Origin: Spirochaetia bacterium
GTDB taxonomy: Bacteria; Spirochaetota; Spirochaetia; CADAEX01
DNA length: 64,000 bases
Assembly (NCBI GenBank): GCA_963662265.2
Contig: CAXXHA010000010.1
Coordinates: 288,001 to 352,000 of the forward strand
Reading direction: 5' to 3'
Both the position numbers and the translations under genes were made by a program. Below, in pieces: positions 59,870 through 64,000 of this stretch. Each line of letters opens with the position of its first letter. The stretch's first letter is position 1. Below the pieces are notes generated by a model, which saw only the letters and a program-made list of their open reading frames with translations, ran no database searches and was not told the origin of the DNA.

Positions 59870-60751
59870 ATGAAAAAATTAGTACTTTTACTAATAGTTT
59901 TAACTGTGCTATTACCAGCAGTTATCTTCGCAGGAGGTAACAGCGAAAAAGAAGAAACAAAAACAGTTAAACTTACTTACGTAAACTGGGAAGAAGGTGT
60001 GGCCTGGACACATATGATTGCAGCAGTTCTTGAAGACGAATATGGATGCAAAGTTGAGCTTACTGCAGCAGATGTAGCTCCAGCTATATCTTCAGTAGCA
60101 AACGGGGATCAGGACTTTTTCATGGAAGGATGGCTGCCCAATCTTCATACTGTATACACAGAAGGAACAGATATTGTTAAAATCAAGAAGATATATGACA
60201 AAGGTATTGTCGGTCTTATTATTCCGAAGTATATGGCTGAAGAGGGTGTAAAAACCATATCGGATCTTGCAAAACCGGAAGTAGCGAAAAAGCTTGATTA
60301 CAAGATTACAGGTATCGACTCAGGTGCTGGAATGATGATTCAGTGCGAAGAAGAGATTATGCCAAAGTATGGTCTCGTTGACGCAGGAATAGAACTTATA
60401 GCTTCTTCAGGCCCTGCTATGCTTGCAGCAATGGACGCAGCAATCAAGAAAAATGAGTACATCGTAGGAATGGGATGGCAGCCGCATTCAATGTTCGGAA
60501 GATACGACCTTCTTATCCTTGAACAGGATAAAGAAAAAATATATGCTCCCGATGATATCTTTATTCTCGGCCGGCCTGACGTTGAAGAGGAACTTCCTGA
60601 AGTTACCGCTTTCATAAAGAATGTCTACTGGACAAATGAAACTATAGGGTCTCTTATGGTTTACATTGCTGATTCAAAAAAGGATACTCTCGAAGCAGCA
60701 AGAGAATGGAAGGATGCAAATCCTGAAGTATGGAAGGACTGGGTAAACTAA
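59870..60751 (+). CDS. Glycine betaine ABC substrate-binding protein (OpuAC/ProX-like), orphan
   Basis: YVNWEEG, EGWLP.LH, ITGIDSGAG, GWQPHSMF; GGAGG RBS before ATG 59870. Confidence 0.9.
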   Translation: MKKLVLLLIVLTVLLPAVIFAGGNSEKEETKTVKLTYVNWEEGVAWTHMIAAVLEDEYGCKVELTAADVAPAISSVANGDQDFFMEGWLPNLHTVYTEGTDIVKIKKIYDKGIVGLIIPKYMAEEGVKTISDLAKPEVAKKLDYKITGIDSGAGMMIQCEEEIMPKYGLVDAGIELIASSGPAMLAAMDAAIKKNEYIVGMGWQPHSMFGRYDLLILEQDKEKIYAPDDIFILGRPDVEEELPEVTAFIKNVYWTNETIGSLMVYIADSKKDTLEAAREWKDANPEVWKDWVN

Positions 60752-60774
60752 GTTCACCTGCTCAATATCATATC

Positions 60775-60802
60775 GCTGCCTGTGTTTCGGGCAGCTTTTT
60801 TT
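60775..60802 (+). terminator. Intrinsic terminator
   Basis: GCTGCCTG/CGGGCAGC followed by T7. Confidence 0.75.
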
Positions 60803-61041
60803 AACTATTTAACAATTAATAATGTGTAATCTGAGATTTAAGACAGTGGAATATTTTTTTATATAATTAAAATTAATATAAAAAATATTATTTTATCAGG
60901 ATTTAATATGACTATATTCTGATACAGTTCAAAGAATTATATGAAAATCTTTATCTGATACGGAAGCAACAACCCGAGAATCCTGTGATATATTAACATA
61001 AGTACACAGCTGTGATTATCAAATCTTGAAGCGAGGAAAAT

Positions 61042-61548
61042 ATGTCTTTAGATCATAATATAAAATCCATAGAAAAATTAATTAGATCAGTTACAGATTT
61101 TGATTATTTTTCACTGATTCCTCCTTTGTATATTGATTCAAACAGCGAAGATGATTCTTTTGGAATAAATATATATCAGACAGAAAAAGAGCCTTCCATG
61201 GAATTGTGGATAGAATCATTGAAAACCAACAAACAGCTTCTGATAATATTTCATTATCCGCCTGATGAAGAATTACAGACATACTGTATCGACGGAATAG
61301 AAAGGCCGATTTCAAGCTATGAACTGGAAAATGGTCTGTCTGTCAGCTATATGGAAGAGTCTATGGCATTTTTTATTGCTGTATCTGAAAAAATAGAGAT
61401 AACACCCGGAATAATCGGGGGATATAACGGGCAGCCGGAGTTTTTTACACCGAACAATCTTCATCCGGATATTTTACGGGCTTTTTCTTTTATGACTGAA
61501 AACTTTTTCTGTTTTAATTATGTAAAAAGCCCTTCAAAAACCTGGTAA
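61042..61548 (+). CDS. Hypothetical protein (acidic)
   Basis: 168-aa ORF with GAGG RBS; no motif recognised. Confidence 0.65.
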   Translation: MSLDHNIKSIEKLIRSVTDFDYFSLIPPLYIDSNSEDDSFGINIYQTEKEPSMELWIESLKTNKQLLIIFHYPPDEELQTYCIDGIERPISSYELENGLSVSYMEESMAFFIAVSEKIEITPGIIGGYNGQPEFFTPNNLHPDILRAFSFMTENFFCFNYVKSPSKTW

Positions 61549-61603
61549 TTAATTAATATCGAACACGAGAGGAAAAACAAACCTCCGGTGCGGATCAAGT
61601 CAC

Positions 61604-61632
61604 AAAAAAAGCTTCCCGAAATACGGGAAGCT
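61604..61632 (-). terminator. Intrinsic terminator of ABC operon
   Basis: AGCTTCCCG/CGGGAAGCT followed by U run on minus strand. Confidence 0.75.
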
Positions 61633-61737
61633 CAGCTGGCCTGTCAAGTCCATCTTTCCTCTGTTCACATATAACGTATAAAGGAGGAAAGACACAGTAT
61701 ATCTATGAAATATGTATAATCACCAATTCGTTACATG

Positions 61738-62766
61738 TCACTCGGCCAGTACGCATATTCCGCTTTCTGGAAAATTCAGCTTTATTGTATCCCCTGTATT
61801 AAGAGCTATACTGTCGCCGGTGTTTACTATAATATCGCCTAATTCAGATTCCACTTCATACTGATAACTGTCTCCAAGGTATGTTCTTACTCTTATATGA
61901 CCTTCAATTAAAGATTCGCCCTCCTGATCAACAGAGATATTCTGAGGCCGGATTGCTATTTTTTTTACATTATCCCGATCTCTGGCTTTTATCTCTTTAC
62001 CGTTACTCAGCCTGTATACACCCCGGCCTACCTTTGTAACATCAAGCAGGTTTTTAAACCCTACAAATTCAGCAACAAATATCGAGCCTGGATTACTGTA
62101 GATATTTTCAGGAGTATCATACTGCTCTATCTTACCGTTATTCATGATAGCTACTTTATCAGAAATAGAAAAACATTCTTCCTGATCATGGGTAATAAGT
62201 ATTGTTGTGATTTTGTATTTCTGCTGCATCTTCTTAATCTGGGCCCTCATTTCTATCCTGAGTTTTGCATCAAGATTTGAAAGGGGCTCATCCAGAAGAA
62301 GCAGTTTCGGAGATATAACAAGGGCCCTTGCAAGAGCCACTCTCTGCCTCTGCCCGCCGCTTAAATTAGCAGGTTTCCTGTCTTTAAGATCTGTCAATCC
62401 TACTGTTTCCAGTATATCCAGAACCTTTTTTTCCCTCTGGTCAGCCGGAATTTTTCTCAGCTTTAAGCCGTAGGCCACGTTCTCATAAACTGTCATATTG
62501 GGAAACAGTGCATATGACTGAAAAACAATACCGAAGTTCCGTTTATTTATGGGTACTCTTGAATAATCAACATTATCTATCAGGATTTCCCCTTCACGGG
62601 CATCCAGAAACCCGGCAACAGCCTTGAGAGTGGTTGTTTTACCGCAGCCGGAAGGACCTAAAATTGAAACAAGTGTTCCATTTTCTATATCTAAATTATA
62701 ATCTTCCAATATATTGACTTTTCCATCATATGAAACTTTCAAGTCATTAAGCTGTAATCTTGACAT
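61738..62766 (-). CDS. PotA-like ABC transporter ATPase
   Basis: GPSGCGKTT, FQSYALFP, LSGGQRQRVALARAL, DEPLSNLDAKLR, TOBE-like tail. Confidence 0.93.
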   Translation of the reverse strand: MSRLQLNDLKVSYDGKVNILEDYNLDIENGTLVSILGPSGCGKTTTLKAVAGFLDAREGEILIDNVDYSRVPINKRNFGIVFQSYALFPNMTVYENVAYGLKLRKIPADQREKKVLDILETVGLTDLKDRKPANLSGGQRQRVALARALVISPKLLLLDEPLSNLDAKLRIEMRAQIKKMQQKYKITTILITHDQEECFSISDKVAIMNNGKIEQYDTPENIYSNPGSIFVAEFVGFKNLLDVTKVGRGVYRLSNGKEIKARDRDNVKKIAIRPQNISVDQEGESLIEGHIRVRTYLGDSYQYEVESELGDIIVNTGDSIALNTGDTIKLNFPESGICVLAE

Positions 62767-62768
62767 GT

Positions 62769-63563
62769 CTACCTACCGTAATTATTCAGACCTATAGTCT
62801 TTTCAATAAAATATGTAATACCAATTGTTATAAATAAAAGAACAACTGAAACAGCTGCAACCGATGGATTCCCGTATTTTTCAACATCCTGCATCATTAT
62901 TATTGGAAGCGGGGTTGCTCCTCTGCCGTACAGGAATATTGAGATAGGAATATTATTAAACGAAGTAATAAATGAAAGTACAGATGCAGACACTATTGCC
63001 GGAGTTATACTGGGCAGCAAAATATGAAGTACAAAATCCTTCTTCGTTGCCCCCAGGCTCAAAGCTGCATCTTCGATTACAAAGTCAAACTTATCAAATG
63101 CTCCGCCCACTACTCTTATTGTATAAGGGAATAATATTATAATATGCGCCATCATCAATACCAGTAATTTCGGCAGCTTCATATCAAATTCCTTTGCAAT
63201 AAAAACCCAACATAAAAAGAGAGAATAACTTAAGACGATTCCCGGAATCAATACAGGTGAAAAGAAGATATTCTTAATTCCTTTAGTAAATTTATCATCA
63301 TACTTGGCTATGCCATAGGCAACAGGAATCCCGAAAAATAATGAAATTATTGTCGCTATTATCCCCACTTTAAAACTGATATTAAACCCGGATATATAGC
63401 TGCTGTTAAACGCTGTTTTATACCATTTAAGAGAAAAGCCTTCTATCGGGTAGGTCAATATATCATTGCTGTTGAAAGATGCAACTGCAGTAATAAACAA
63501 AGGATAGATCAGATAAAAGAATACCAGGCAGACAAAAATTGTCAGTAATTTACTTTTCTTCAT
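62769..63563 (-). CDS. PotC-like ABC permease
   Basis: GFSLKWY, EDAALSLGA (EAA loop); ATG 63563. Confidence 0.9.
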   Translation of the reverse strand: MKKSKLLTIFVCLVFFYLIYPLFITAVASFNSNDILTYPIEGFSLKWYKTAFNSSYISGFNISFKVGIIATIISLFFGIPVAYGIAKYDDKFTKGIKNIFFSPVLIPGIVLSYSLFLCWVFIAKEFDMKLPKLLVLMMAHIIILFPYTIRVVGGAFDKFDFVIEDAALSLGATKKDFVLHILLPSITPAIVSASVLSFITSFNNIPISIFLYGRGATPLPIIMMQDVEKYGNPSVAAVSVVLLFITIGITYFIEKTIGLNNYGR

Positions 63564-64000
63564 TTGATCCCCCCACAGCATCTGCACATTTATTTATCAG
63601 GGTTATAATAACAACTGTTAAAACAAACAGGAAAATAGAAATTGAAGAAACCAGTTCCCACCTGCCAAGAGTCGTCCCATACTGCTGTACCAGTGTTGCA
63701 AGAACAACAGTCCGTGTACCACCCAGAATATTCGGTGTTGTATATGCTGTTAATGTCGCAGTAAAAACCAGAACAAGACCTACAATAATTCCGCTTACCG
63801 AGTTTGGAATTATTATTGTAAAGAAAGTTTTAAACCGTGATGCACCCAGACTTATTGATGCCTCTTCAACCTCTTCAGGTATATTATCCATAACACCTAT
63901 TAATGAGACAATCATTAAAGGGAGAAATATATATGTTGAACCGATAATAACAGCAATCCTTGAATACATGAAACTAATCGGTTCTATTAAAAACCCCAGA
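63550..64000 (-). CDS. PotB-like ABC permease (5' part outside window)
   Basis: EEASISLGAS EAA loop, YTTPNILGG; frame open to window edge. Confidence 0.88.
   Translation of the reverse strand, partial: LGFLIEPISFMYSRIAVIIGSTYIFLPLMIVSLIGVMDNIPEEVEEASISLGASRFKTFFTIIIPNSVSGIIVGLVLVFTATLTAYTTPNILGGTRTVVLATLVQQYGTTLGRWELVSSISIFLFVLTVVIITLINKCADAVGGSNEEK

Overview
AT-rich bacterial chromosome segment, most likely from a free-living spirochaete (Spirochaetia). This is inferred from the class I LysRS, tRNA-Arg(GCG), the 'MAYEVTA' DnaX N-terminus and an 'FAGGxxE' solute-binding-protein leader. It is mostly core genome: uvrC; a long minus-strand run pyrG-lptC-lptA-lptB-rpoN-hpf-hprK-ptsH-orf-ntrY/ntrX-like-lexA-holA; cheR-cheB-djlA-pth; dnaX-ybaB-recR; a stable-RNA operon (four tRNA-Ser, tRNA-Arg, SRP RNA); rlpA, lysS, era, clpP, purC, hisA/hisE and a bifunctional Hcy methyltransferase. 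There are also many signalling genes (HD-GYP regulator, HDOD, two GGDEF proteins, an MCP) and an accessory-looking right third. No CRISPR array, prophage or intact transposase was seen. The best leads are: (1) an unannotated 57-aa stand-alone MshEN-type c-di-GMP-binding microprotein placed directly upstream of a CX5R phosphatase, facing an ADP-ribosylglycohydrolase; (2) a ~215-nt structured RNA at 37.3-37.5 kb with its own promoter and terminator; (3) a 140-nt structured element ending like a tRNA, with two CAGGACG loops, inside the tRNA operon; (4) a terminator-containing, ydaO-like leader upstream of a betaine-binding protein; (5) several REP-like hairpin arrays. The 27.7-31.1 kb stretch carries at least six +1 indels in short runs that break dnaX and a diguanylate cyclase and distort a tRNA stem; these are most likely sequencing errors. 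All calls are by eye from the sequence; no searches were run.
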